Source: Oscillospiraceae bacterium (GTDB lineage: Bacteria; Bacillota; Clostridia; Oscillospirales; UBA644). Taken from it: a DNA stretch of 64,000 nucleotides. Under the pieces are notes generated by a model, which made no database searches, was not told the DNA's origin, and worked only from the letters and a program-made list of their open reading frames with translations. A program made the position numbers and the translations under genes. The DNA lies in contig CACZQB010000052.1 in assembly GCA_902783255.1 (NCBI GenBank), positions 41,389 to 105,388 of the forward strand, written 5' to 3'. Below, in pieces: positions 39,771 to 48,882 of this stretch. Positions within the stretch are counted from its first letter, which is position 1. The number at the start of each line of letters is the position of its first letter.

Positions 39771-42125
39771 ATGGCTGAAGAAAAAAAGAAGATGACATTC
39801 GAAGAGGTTCTCGAATGTCTTCCGTGTAAAAACAAAGAAGTTCCTGCGAAATTCGCCGGTATTGTCAGATCCGTTACCGAAAGTGACGAAACGGTTTATT
39901 TCTACGTTATTTCGGATGTTGTTCTCGGCAGCAGATACGGCGAAAGTTTTGCCGCAATTACCGACAGACAGCTTATCTCGTACGATGAGATGCGCGAAGA
40001 AAAGCTGATGCGGTTCAATATTAGCGAAATTGAAAAAGCAGATGTCAAGAGAATGTACGGCAACGCTCTTTTCCGTATAAAGAAAGACGGAAAACTGCTC
40101 GAGCTTAACAAATGCTCTTACTCAGTAACCGAATATTTCGATAATATCGCGCAGTATATAAACGATCTCAATGAAGGTAAGGAAAAAACCGCGCTTATAG
40201 AAGGCGTTCATGAGTCATACGAAAAACGCCAGCTTTACTGTCCGAAATGCGGGGCGCGCCTTCCTTATAAAAATGCTCCGTGTATAAAATGCGCCGATAA
40301 AAAGAAAATACTCGGCCGTATTCTCGTATACGTAAAACCTCACATGGTCCTTCTGATCGTTGCGTTGCTTATGGCAATGATCACGACCGTTACAAACCTT
40401 ATACCTCCGCTTCTTACCGCAAGACTTGTAGACCAGACTCTTGTCAATGTTTCCGATCTTGTCAAAGGAACTCCTGAAATGGACGCCAGGATCAACGAGC
40501 TTTTCCTTATCGTCCTTTTTCTCTTTATTATCAATACTTTTCAGAATATTGTCGGCGCTTTCCGCGGATATATACTCAGAATTGCGTCAGAGCGCATAAC
40601 GAACACCCTTAAAACCGAGCTTTACACAAAAGCGCAGTATCTTCCGATCAAATATTACGATAAAACTTCAACAGGTTCCGTAATTTCGCGTATAAACGGC
40701 GACACGGCAAACCTGAACGGCTTTATAATGCGTATTTCGCAGGAAGTTCTCACTCAGGCGATACAGCTTGTGGGCATAGTTGTCGTTATGGTTTCAATGA
40801 ACCCCGTGCTGTCTATTCTTTCTCTGCTCCCCATTCCGATAGTAGTTATAAGCGCAAAAATATTCTCGAAATTTATTCATCCGTATTACTACCGCATATG
40901 GAAACGCGGCGCGAAGATCAACTCGATCCTTGCGGATACTCTTCCGGGAATAAAAGTAGTAAAAGCGTTCACCTCCGAAGAAAAATCGATCAACAACTTT
41001 ACCTCAACCAATAAAGACCTTATAAACGAAAACCTGAAGACGGCGCGTATTTCCTCTATATACAACAGTGCAACCGGACTCGTTATGATGATGGGCAGCC
41101 TTGTTATCTGGGGACTCGGCGGATATATGGTTCTGACAAAAGCGTCCTTCCTCGGTTCCTCCGTTCTTACGGCCGGCGGACTTGTTGCTTTCATAAACTA
41201 CATGTGGATGTTCTATAACCCTGTTCAGTTCTTTGTAAGCCTTAACGAAACATTTATCAGCGCATTCACATCCGCGGAACGTGTTTTTGAGATACTTGAC
41301 GCTGAACCCGAAGAGGATTTTGGCAAGGGAAATATTCCTGAAGGAGGAATAAAAGGCAAAATCGAATTCAGAAATGTTTCTTTCAGCTACGAAAAGGGCA
41401 AAAAGATACTTTCAAATGTCAATTTTACGATCGAACCCGGCGAAATAGTCGGCATTGTAGGCACAACAGGCTCAGGGAAATCCACGATCGTCAACCTTCT
41501 TATGCGCTATTACGAAAATCATGAAGGCGAAATATATATCGACGACACAAACATCAAGGATATCGATTTACAGTTTTACCGTTCATCTGTCGGCTACGTT
41601 CTTCAGGAACCGCTGCTTTTCAAAGACACTGTCTTCAGAAATATAGCACACTCTGATCCTACAACGCCGGTTGAAGATGTTATTTATGCCGCACAGGTCG
41701 CAAATGCACATAAATTCATCACCAAACTTCCGGACAGCTACGATACAATGCTTGGAGAGCGCGGCGTTGGACTGTCAGGCGGCGAACGCCAGCGTATTTC
41801 TATCGCCCGTGCTGTTCTTAAAGACCCTGCGATCCTTATTCTTGACGAAGCGACCGCTTCTGTTGACTCTGAAACGGAGAGCATCATTCAGGAAGCTATT
41901 GAACGAATTATAAACGGTAGAACAACGATTATGATCGCACACAGACTTTCCACTCTTAAAAAAGCGGATAAAATAATCGTTGTTGAAGACGGAAAGATTT
42001 CCGAAATGGGCTCGCATAACGAGCTTATGGAAAAACAGGGCAGATATTACAAACTTGTCAAAATACAGTCGCTTGCGAGAGAGCTTTCCGACGAAGGCGG
42101 TATTTTTGAAGGCGACGGCAAATGA
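39771..42125 (+). CDS. ABC exporter (fused TMD-NBD) with about 190-aa N-terminal cytoplasmic extension containing a zinc ribbon
   Basis: 784 aa. Extension includes CPKCG...CIKC. It is followed by a six-helix exporter TMD, Walker A GTTGSGKST, signature LSGGERQRISIARA and Walker B ILILDEATASVD. Own promoter at 39696-39724. Confidence 0.9.
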   Translation: MAEEKKKMTFEEVLECLPCKNKEVPAKFAGIVRSVTESDETVYFYVISDVVLGSRYGESFAAITDRQLISYDEMREEKLMRFNISEIEKADVKRMYGNALFRIKKDGKLLELNKCSYSVTEYFDNIAQYINDLNEGKEKTALIEGVHESYEKRQLYCPKCGARLPYKNAPCIKCADKKKILGRILVYVKPHMVLLIVALLMAMITTVTNLIPPLLTARLVDQTLVNVSDLVKGTPEMDARINELFLIVLFLFIINTFQNIVGAFRGYILRIASERITNTLKTELYTKAQYLPIKYYDKTSTGSVISRINGDTANLNGFIMRISQEVLTQAIQLVGIVVVMVSMNPVLSILSLLPIPIVVISAKIFSKFIHPYYYRIWKRGAKINSILADTLPGIKVVKAFTSEEKSINNFTSTNKDLINENLKTARISSIYNSATGLVMMMGSLVIWGLGGYMVLTKASFLGSSVLTAGGLVAFINYMWMFYNPVQFFVSLNETFISAFTSAERVFEILDAEPEEDFGKGNIPEGGIKGKIEFRNVSFSYEKGKKILSNVNFTIEPGEIVGIVGTTGSGKSTIVNLLMRYYENHEGEIYIDDTNIKDIDLQFYRSSVGYVLQEPLLFKDTVFRNIAHSDPTTPVEDVIYAAQVANAHKFITKLPDSYDTMLGERGVGLSGGERQRISIARAVLKDPAILILDEATASVDSETESIIQEAIERIINGRTTIMIAHRLSTLKKADKIIVVEDGKISEMGSHNELMEKQGRYYKLVKIQSLARELSDEGGIFEGDGK

Positions 42126-42146
42126 TTATTTCAGATCGGTGATTTT

Positions 42147-42668
42147 ATGGATAATTCAGTCAGATTTTTCAGCGGAAAAAACATTCATATCGCTCCTGGA
42201 AGCATGGGCGTTTTGCTTAAAGTTACCATGCCCGACGGAACGGTATACGAAGATGTTGAACCACGCAGGTATTTCCCGATTTCGGATATTTACAAAAATA
42301 TCAGCATAGTTCGTGTTGAAGAGGACGAGCGCGGAAAGGATAAGATAACGGAATATCTTATTATAAAGGATATTGACAACCTCGATGAGGAATCACGCAA
42401 AGCACTGCTCGATTCTTTGAATAAATACTACATGATCCCCAAAATACTCGATATTTACGACCAGAAGAACGTTTACGGCATCCTTCAGTGGAAAGTGCTT
42501 ACAGACCGCGGAGAATTTGCATTCGATATCCGCGATATCTATTCAAGCATCAAGCAGCTGAACAGCGGAAAAATACTTATTATCGATTCATACGACAACC
42601 GTTACGAAATAGACGATATAAGCAAGCTTTCCAAAAAAGGACAGAAACTTCTTCTGGGATATCTGTAA
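42147..42668 (+). CDS. Small soluble partner protein (resembles DUF1854, from memory)
   Basis: 173-aa ORF starting 21 nt after the ABC exporter, with RBS ggtga. No TM helix or signal peptide. My recollection is that DUF1854 proteins characteristically follow ABC ATPase/exporter genes; this is unverified. Confidence 0.7.
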   Translation: MDNSVRFFSGKNIHIAPGSMGVLLKVTMPDGTVYEDVEPRRYFPISDIYKNISIVRVEEDERGKDKITEYLIIKDIDNLDEESRKALLDSLNKYYMIPKILDIYDQKNVYGILQWKVLTDRGEFAFDIRDIYSSIKQLNSGKILIIDSYDNRYEIDDISKLSKKGQKLLLGYL

Positions 42669-42732
42669 TCTTATATTTGAAAACCGACGCATAGCGGTTA
42701 ATATATTTATTTCAAAGGAGAAAAGAAAGAAA

Positions 42733-43776
42733 TTGAAAAAAATTGTTTTGGGACTTATTACCGCGGTAATGCTTGTAGCATTGCTTTCTTCCTGTAATTC
42801 GTCAGGCTCTGCTCAGCTCAGAGTTTACAACTGGCAGGAATATATGGATCCTGAAGTAATTGAAATGTTTACCAAAGAAACAGGTATCGAGGTTTTATAT
42901 AACGTATTTGATACCAACGAAAACATGTACAACAAAATAAAGAATATGAAAGGATATTCTTACGATGTTATTTTCCCGTCCGACTATATGGTCAAGAAAA
43001 TGGCGGACGAGGGCATGCTTGCCGAAATCAACTTCGATAATATCCCTAATTATAAGTATATCAACGACAGCTATAAGGGAATGGGTTATGATAAAAAGAA
43101 TCTCTTTTCCGTTCCTTACATAGGCGGCACGGTCTGCATAGCATATAACCCCAAGTATGTTGACGAAAGCGAAGTTAATTCTTGGGATGTTCTCTGGAAT
43201 GAAAAATACGCCGGCGAAATATTCATGATGGACAGCGAACGCGACTCTATTGCCGTTGCTCTTCTTCGCCTCGGATATTCGATCAACACAAAGAATATGG
43301 ATGAACTTAACGAAGCAAAAGATCTTCTCATTCAGCAAAAACCCCTCGTTCTTGCTTATACGTCCGATGATGTCAAGGAAAAAATGGCAAAAGAAGAGGG
43401 CTGGCTTGCCGTTATGTGGTCCTGCGATATAACATTTGTTCGTGACCTTAACGAAGACATTAAATTTGTCATTCCCGAACAGGGCACCAATATCTGGTGG
43501 GATACCGCATGCATTCTTGAAAACGCCGAACACAAAGAAGAGGCTGAAAAATTTATAGATTTCCTTTGCCGCCCCGACATCGCGCTTATGAACGCTGAAT
43601 ACCTTGAAAGCTCAACGCCGAATACGGCAGCGTTTGAAGAACTCGACGAAGAGATCAAAAACGACCCCGTTATTTATCCTTCCGATGAAATGCTCGCAAA
43701 ATGCGAAGTATTTGAAGATCTTTCAGACTATATGTCAACCTATACTTCTATCTGGAATTCGGTTATCAATTCTTAG
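42733..43776 (+). CDS. potD: Spermidine/putrescine ABC transporter substrate-binding lipoprotein
   Basis: TTG start with RBS aaaggagaa. Lipobox LLSSC. PotD-type LRVYNWQEYMDPEV...F...TGI.V.Y..FD.NE. Confidence 0.9.
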   Translation: MKKIVLGLITAVMLVALLSSCNSSGSAQLRVYNWQEYMDPEVIEMFTKETGIEVLYNVFDTNENMYNKIKNMKGYSYDVIFPSDYMVKKMADEGMLAEINFDNIPNYKYINDSYKGMGYDKKNLFSVPYIGGTVCIAYNPKYVDESEVNSWDVLWNEKYAGEIFMMDSERDSIAVALLRLGYSINTKNMDELNEAKDLLIQQKPLVLAYTSDDVKEKMAKEEGWLAVMWSCDITFVRDLNEDIKFVIPEQGTNIWWDTACILENAEHKEEAEKFIDFLCRPDIALMNAEYLESSTPNTAAFEELDEEIKNDPVIYPSDEMLAKCEVFEDLSDYMSTYTSIWNSVINS

Positions 43777-43789
43777 GATAATACAATAC

Positions 43790-43822
43790 AAACTGCCGGG
43801 TATGCGTCCGGCAGTTTTTTTA
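43790..43822 (+). terminator. Rho-independent terminator after potD
   Basis: Stem AACTGCCGG / CCGGCAGTT followed by TTTTT. Confidence 0.75.
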
Positions 43823-43870
43823 TGTCTGAAAATCGTAAATTTCTTTTATCAAAAAGTCACAATCTTGTTG

Positions 43871-43898
43871 TTTATAAATCACATTACGCTGATATAAT
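43871..43898 (+). promoter_or_regulatory. Candidate promoter for PEP carboxykinase
   Basis: TTTATA, 16 nt spacer, TGaTATAAT (-10 at 43893-43898). Confidence 0.4.
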
Positions 43899-43985
43899 GT
43901 AAAATGAGGTGGGATTGGACTTCCCCCGGTTTTATCATAGTTATTATAAATTATATATGGTATTTTTTACCGGAAAGGGCATAAA

Positions 43986-45752
43986 ATGACAAATAACAAA
44001 GCTGTTCTCAACTGGATTGACGAACAGGTCAAACTTTGCAGACCCGATAAAGTCGTATGGATCGACGGGTCTGACGAACAGAGAGACGCTCTGCGCGCAG
44101 AAGCCTGCGCTACGGGTGAGCTCATCAAATTAAACGAACAGAAACTCCCCGGATGTTATCTTCACAGAACCGCGAAAAACGACGTTGCCCGTGTTGAAAG
44201 CAGAACCTTCATCTGCACCGAAACACAGGAAGAAGCCGGCAATATCAACAACTGGTGCGCCCCCGCGGAAATGCACGCAAAACTCAACGCTCTTTACAAG
44301 GACTGCATGGTAGGAAGAACGATGTATGTTATTCCTTATTCAATGTGCATGCCCGAATCTCCGTTTGCAAAAATCGGTATCGAACTTACAGACTCGATAT
44401 ATGTTGTTCTCAACATGCTTATCATGACACGTGCAGGACAGCATGTTCTTGATGTCCTCGGCGACAACCCCGATTTCGTAAAAGGTCTTCATGCAAAAAA
44501 GGATATCGATGAAGAAAACAGATATATCGTTCATTTCCCGCAGGAAAACAGTATCTGTTCAGTAAACTCAGGTTACGGCGGAAACGTTCTTCTCGGTAAA
44601 AAATGCTTCGCACTGAGAATCGCCTCCTATCTTGCGCACAAAGAAGGCTGGCTTGCCGAGCATATGCTTATTCTCGGTATCGAGTATCCTAACGGTGAAA
44701 TTCATTACATAACCGCCGCTTTCCCGTCTGCATGCGGCAAAACAAATCTCGCTATGCTTATTCCTCCCGAAATATTTGCAAAACAGGGATATAAAGTATG
44801 GTGTGTAGGCGACGATATCGCATGGCTTCGAATCGGTCCCGACGGACGTCTTTGGGCAGTCAATCCCGAAAACGGCTTTTTCGGCGTTGCTCCCGGAACG
44901 AATGCTAAATCCAACCCGAATGCTCTTGCCGCAACACGCAGAGAGACTATTTTCACAAACGTTGTTCACAATCTTGAAGACAACACAGTCTGGTGGGAAG
45001 GACTCGACAAGAATCCTCCGAAAAATGCGGAAAACTGGCTCGGTGAAAAATGGGACGGCACAGACGGAACAAAGGGCGCGCATCCGAACTCACGCTTCAC
45101 CGCTATGGCTGAAAACTGCCCCTGCATTTCAAAAGAATTCAACAATCCCGCAGGCGTACCCGTTGACGCTATCATATTCGGCGGTCGCCGTGCAAAAACA
45201 GCACCGCTCGTATATCAGTCCTTTGACTGGAATCACGGCGTATACGTCGGTTCAGCAATGGCATCCGAAACGACTGCTGCAGCTGCAGGAGCTGTCGGCG
45301 TAGTTCGCCGCGACCCGATGGCTATGCTTCCGTTTGTAGGATACAATATGGGCGACTACTGGGCACACTGGATCGAAATGGGCAAAAAGATCCCCAATCC
45401 TCCGAAGATTTTCAACGTCAACTGGTTCAGAACAGACGACAAGGGCAACTTTATCTGGCCCGGCTACGGCGACAACCTCCGCGTACTTCTTTGGATACTC
45501 GGAAGAGTTGCAGGTACTGTTGACGCGGTCGAAAGTCCCATAGGTTATCTGCCCAACCCCGAAGACATCAATATCGAAGGACTTGAAGACAGCGGTATTA
45601 CACGCGACGTTCTTGCTGATCTTCTTTCTGTTGACAAGAACCTCTGGAAAGAAGATGCGGACGGTGTTGAACAGTTCTACAATAAAGTTGGCGATCATAC
45701 TCCCGCGGAACTTCGCAATCAGCTTGCTGAATTCAGAAAGAGACTTGGTTGA
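43986..45752 (+). CDS. Phosphoenolpyruvate carboxykinase (GTP-dependent)
   Basis: 588 aa. GTP-PEPCK kinase-1a loop FPSACGKTNLAM, with GWLAEHMLILG, GDDIAW and NWF..D..G.F.WPG.G.N.RVL.W. Confidence 0.93.
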   Translation: MTNNKAVLNWIDEQVKLCRPDKVVWIDGSDEQRDALRAEACATGELIKLNEQKLPGCYLHRTAKNDVARVESRTFICTETQEEAGNINNWCAPAEMHAKLNALYKDCMVGRTMYVIPYSMCMPESPFAKIGIELTDSIYVVLNMLIMTRAGQHVLDVLGDNPDFVKGLHAKKDIDEENRYIVHFPQENSICSVNSGYGGNVLLGKKCFALRIASYLAHKEGWLAEHMLILGIEYPNGEIHYITAAFPSACGKTNLAMLIPPEIFAKQGYKVWCVGDDIAWLRIGPDGRLWAVNPENGFFGVAPGTNAKSNPNALAATRRETIFTNVVHNLEDNTVWWEGLDKNPPKNAENWLGEKWDGTDGTKGAHPNSRFTAMAENCPCISKEFNNPAGVPVDAIIFGGRRAKTAPLVYQSFDWNHGVYVGSAMASETTAAAAGAVGVVRRDPMAMLPFVGYNMGDYWAHWIEMGKKIPNPPKIFNVNWFRTDDKGNFIWPGYGDNLRVLLWILGRVAGTVDAVESPIGYLPNPEDINIEGLEDSGITRDVLADLLSVDKNLWKEDADGVEQFYNKVGDHTPAELRNQLAEFRKRLG

Positions 45753-45839
45753 TAAAAATATAAAAAAGAGCTTTTTAGAGCATTCTCCGCAAAGAAGTTG
45801 CTGTGAGGTGCCCGTTAGCGGCTCAAAAGAACACAATAT

Positions 45840-45875
45840 CGGCGGGACCATTGCAGTCCCGCCGATTTTCTTTCT
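45840..45875 (+). terminator. Rho-independent terminator after PEP carboxykinase
   Basis: GC-rich 9-bp stem CGGCGGGAC / GTCCCGCCG followed by ATTTTCTTTC. Confidence 0.7.
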
Positions 45876-46038
45876 TGTATTCTGTGGTGTGAAATCCGAT
45901 GCTCGTTATATCTATGGATGCACGGGCGTTGCTTGATTAAGTTCGACTCGTCAGGGCAGTTCAGGCGTATCTCTTCTAAGTCTTTTATGCAAACTCTTTT
46001 TTTCGAAAAGCCTCCTGTCAGCGCCATCGTTTCAGATT

Positions 46039-47763
46039 TTAACCTTGAGAGACGGTGAACAGTGAATAGAAATAGCCTTTCTTTTCCATAAGTTCTTCGA
46101 AAGTCCCTTGTTCCGAAACTTCGCCGTTTTTCAGAGCGAACAGACTGGTACAGCGGCGCAGGATATTCTCGTCCAGATCGTGGGTGACGATGACGCGGGT
46201 GTAGCCGTCCAGATTCAGAATCGCATCCAGCACATCAAAGGAGGTCTTCGCGTCCAGGCTTGCCGTTGCCTCATCCACAAAGAGCACTGGCGTCTTGCGC
46301 AGCAGCGCACGGGCAATTGAGATTCTCTGCCGCTCGCCGCCGGAGAGACCGGAGCCATTTTCACCGCAGAGATAGTCCGCGCCTTTTTCGTCGATAAGTT
46401 TTTTTAGCCCGGACAGCCGCACGGCGCGTTCAATCTCCTCTTCCGGAAATTCGGAGAACATGGTGATATTGTCGCGAATCGTGCTGTTGAACATAAACAC
46501 GTTCTGCTGAATAATAGACACAAGGTCGTAGAGTGAGCCTGCGGAAACTGTTTTGAGCTCTTTTCCGTCATAAAGGATCTCGCCCTCATAGTTTTTCGAG
46601 GATGCCATCAGCAAATTCAGAATCGTCGATTTGCCGCTGCCGGAGCTTCCCACCAGCGCATAGCAGCCGCCGGCGCGCAGTTCCATGTCCACATCACGCA
46701 GGACGGGCTTCCCTTCCTCATAGGCAAACGCAACATCCTTGACCGAGATCCCTTTGGTGAGATGAGGCGGGATCTGGTCGCCTTCGTCGGAAACGTTTTT
46801 GTTCAGCGCCTGCGCCAGCTTGTCAATCAGGGCGTAGGATGACATCATACCGGCGAAAAACGTGGGGAATGTCTGGATAGGGGCCAGCACATAGTTCAGC
46901 AGCTGAACAAAAACAATGGCGGTACCTGCCGTGATACCCATGCCGGAGAGCGCCAGCGCAGCGGCCACAAAAAACACGCCGAACTGCAGGATCGCTCCCG
47001 CAATGCCGGAAGAATAGTTTACCAGTACATTCACCTTTGTACGCTTTTTTGAGGCCTCTGCCACATCAGAGTTTCTGTGCTCATGCAGCTTGGCAATGCT
47101 TTTCTCAGCTTTGAAGCTCTTGATTACAGAAAAGCCCGTGAGTGCATCCTTAAGCATGCCGGTATAGCTCCCTTTTTGATCGGAGACGTTCTTTTCCGCG
47201 ATTGCAGCTTTGTTTCCCATAACAACGGAAACGATGATAGGCAGCAGAGAGAAGCCGATGGCGATCAAGGTCAAAAGCGGGCTGCACCAAATCATGAGAC
47301 CCAGCGCACCGACAAATGTGATGCCTACCTGTATCGTGCTCTGCAACTGTCCGATAAAGTCTGTTTCAATGGTATTCACGTCGTTGGAGAGGGCAGAGAT
47401 ATAGAGTGAGCTGTTTTCGCCGGAGAAGGCCTGAATGCCCTTTTTCATAAGCCGTTCAAAAACGTATTCCCGATACTGCTTCATCGCCTTTGCGCGGAAT
47501 TCGGAGAGGAATGTTCTGTCCAGAAGCCCTCCCAGTCCAATCAGGGCAAATGCGCCTCCCGCAACGATCAGGAGCGTGGCGAAACCGTAGGGACATTCTC
47601 CGGAAATCAGGTCAGAAACCTCTTTGATGAGCCAGGAGATCACCAGATTTGTCGCAGCGCCGAGCAGGGCTGCGATCACAGTCATCGCCAAATTGAATTT
47701 GTTATTCCGAAACAGTTCTTTGAGAAAAGGGCGCCGCAGCGCTTTGATTTCTTTCTTATTCAT
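46039..47763 (-). CDS. ABC exporter (fused TMD-NBD, multidrug/peptide-type)
   Basis: Start at ATG 47763 (RBS aggaga) rather than TTG 47781. Walker A GSSGSGKST, signature LSGGERQRISIARAL, Walker B LFVDEATASLD. GC-rich with CTG-rich codon usage, unlike its neighbours. Confidence 0.9.
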   Translation of the reverse strand: MNKKEIKALRRPFLKELFRNNKFNLAMTVIAALLGAATNLVISWLIKEVSDLISGECPYGFATLLIVAGGAFALIGLGGLLDRTFLSEFRAKAMKQYREYVFERLMKKGIQAFSGENSSLYISALSNDVNTIETDFIGQLQSTIQVGITFVGALGLMIWCSPLLTLIAIGFSLLPIIVSVVMGNKAAIAEKNVSDQKGSYTGMLKDALTGFSVIKSFKAEKSIAKLHEHRNSDVAEASKKRTKVNVLVNYSSGIAGAILQFGVFFVAAALALSGMGITAGTAIVFVQLLNYVLAPIQTFPTFFAGMMSSYALIDKLAQALNKNVSDEGDQIPPHLTKGISVKDVAFAYEEGKPVLRDVDMELRAGGCYALVGSSGSGKSTILNLLMASSKNYEGEILYDGKELKTVSAGSLYDLVSIIQQNVFMFNSTIRDNITMFSEFPEEEIERAVRLSGLKKLIDEKGADYLCGENGSGLSGGERQRISIARALLRKTPVLFVDEATASLDAKTSFDVLDAILNLDGYTRVIVTHDLDENILRRCTSLFALKNGEVSEQGTFEELMEKKGYFYSLFTVSQG

Positions 47764-48091
47764 GATAATTCTCCTGTTCAACGAGTGATTTTAAAAGAGC
47801 GGTAAATTCCTTGTTCTCAAATTGGCTTACCGCATTGCAGACACCGTCCATTGCCGCTGCCCTCAGGTCATCGTGGGCACTGGCACCGTCAATGCTGCCC
47901 ACAAAGCAGATGTCGCTTTCGTCATAGCCGGGAGAAGCGTCAAAGAATTCGGCAAGCTCTTTGGCTTTGATCAATGTATCGCGCGCCTTGTCACCCTGCC
48001 TTGACAGGAACTGCGACCCGGCAAGAGTGGCGAAAAAGGCGGTGCATATTCTGTCGAAGTAGTTCGGCTTGTCCTCTTCCCGCAGCCCCAC
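47756..48091 (-). CDS. Hypothetical 111-aa ORF, possibly the detached C-terminal part of the upstream XRE/TPR regulator
   Basis: GTG-initiated ORF with no obvious RBS. Its stop overlaps the ABC exporter start (ATGAATAA). Same strand and composition as the ORF at 48208-48834. See the finding on the broken frame. Confidence 0.5.
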   Translation of the reverse strand: MGLREEDKPNYFDRICTAFFATLAGSQFLSRQGDKARDTLIKAKELAEFFDASPGYDESDICFVGSIDGASAHDDLRAAAMDGVCNAVSQFENKEFTALLKSLVEQENYHE

Positions 48092-48207
48092 AAGAAGCCG
48101 GGGTCCCCAGCTCAGGATCGCCTGCAGGCATGATCGCCACAGTGATAATATACGTTCACATAGCCGTTGATCGTGATGATCAGATCGGAGACGAGCTTCA
48201 GAAGAGC

Positions 48208-48834
48208 CTACGGCAGAAACTGCTGCGACTCAGCGGCGTGATCGCTTTGGGCCAGAATAATCCCGATCCGGGGGCTGTGCAACCCGTCTGCGTTATGGGT
48301 TTTCAAAAGCTCTACGGCCTTTTCCGTTTCGCCCAGCCCCAGATATGTATCCGCGATTCTTCCGTAGATCGTCTGTTCACTAATCTGCGGATCTTCGTTT
48401 CGGCTCGGCAGCAGACTGGACTGTTCCGGAAGCTCCGGCGCGCGGTGAAACAGGGCCTTATCTCCGCTGTCATAGCCAAACGCGCGGTACAGCGCGGCAC
48501 TCTGAGTTAGGATCTGAAATGAGTGTGGATACTTTTTTAGTGCTTTTTCTGCCTCCGCAAGCCCGTCCCTGTCCTTGCTGCGGCGGTATTCCAGTAAACG
48601 TTTCACCATCGCTTCCAGGCGGTTATCCTTTATTTCATAACCGAGCAGAACGTCCGCGGAGGTATCGAAAAAATCAGCCATATGAATGATCAGTTCCAGC
48701 TCCGGGATCGACAACTTCGCCTCCCATTTATATACCGCACCTTCTGTTACCCCCAGCGCTTCGGAAAGCTGCTTCCGGGTCAGCGACCGTTCCTTGCGAG
48801 AGGCTCGGATGTTCTCCGCAAGCATCATCTTCAT
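48208..48834 (-). CDS. XRE-family helix-turn-helix regulator with TPR-like C-terminal region (possibly truncated)
   Basis: HTH: RKERSLTRKQLSEALGVTEGAVYKWEAKLSIPELELIIHMADFFDTSADVLLG. Start at MKMML, downstream of promoter 48854-48882. Ends at an amber codon (48208-48210). Confidence 0.75.
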   Translation of the reverse strand: MKMMLAENIRASRKERSLTRKQLSEALGVTEGAVYKWEAKLSIPELELIIHMADFFDTSADVLLGYEIKDNRLEAMVKRLLEYRRSKDRDGLAEAEKALKKYPHSFQILTQSAALYRAFGYDSGDKALFHRAPELPEQSSLLPSRNEDPQISEQTIYGRIADTYLGLGETEKAVELLKTHNADGLHSPRIGIILAQSDHAAESQQFLP

Positions 48835-48853
48835 GTAGCCGCTTCTGTATCTG

Positions 48854-48882
48854 ATTATACCGCAAAAAAACTGAAAAGTCAA
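48854..48882 (-). promoter_or_regulatory. Sigma-A-type promoter for the XRE regulator / ABC exporter cassette
   Basis: Reverse strand TTGACT (48877-48882), 17 nt spacer, TATAAT (48854-48859). Confidence 0.55.

Noticed and set aside
45815-46027. A 70-aa minus-strand ORF between PEPCK and the ABC exporter.
   Set aside because: It runs through the PEPCK terminator hairpin, has no RBS, and its sequence is uninformative.
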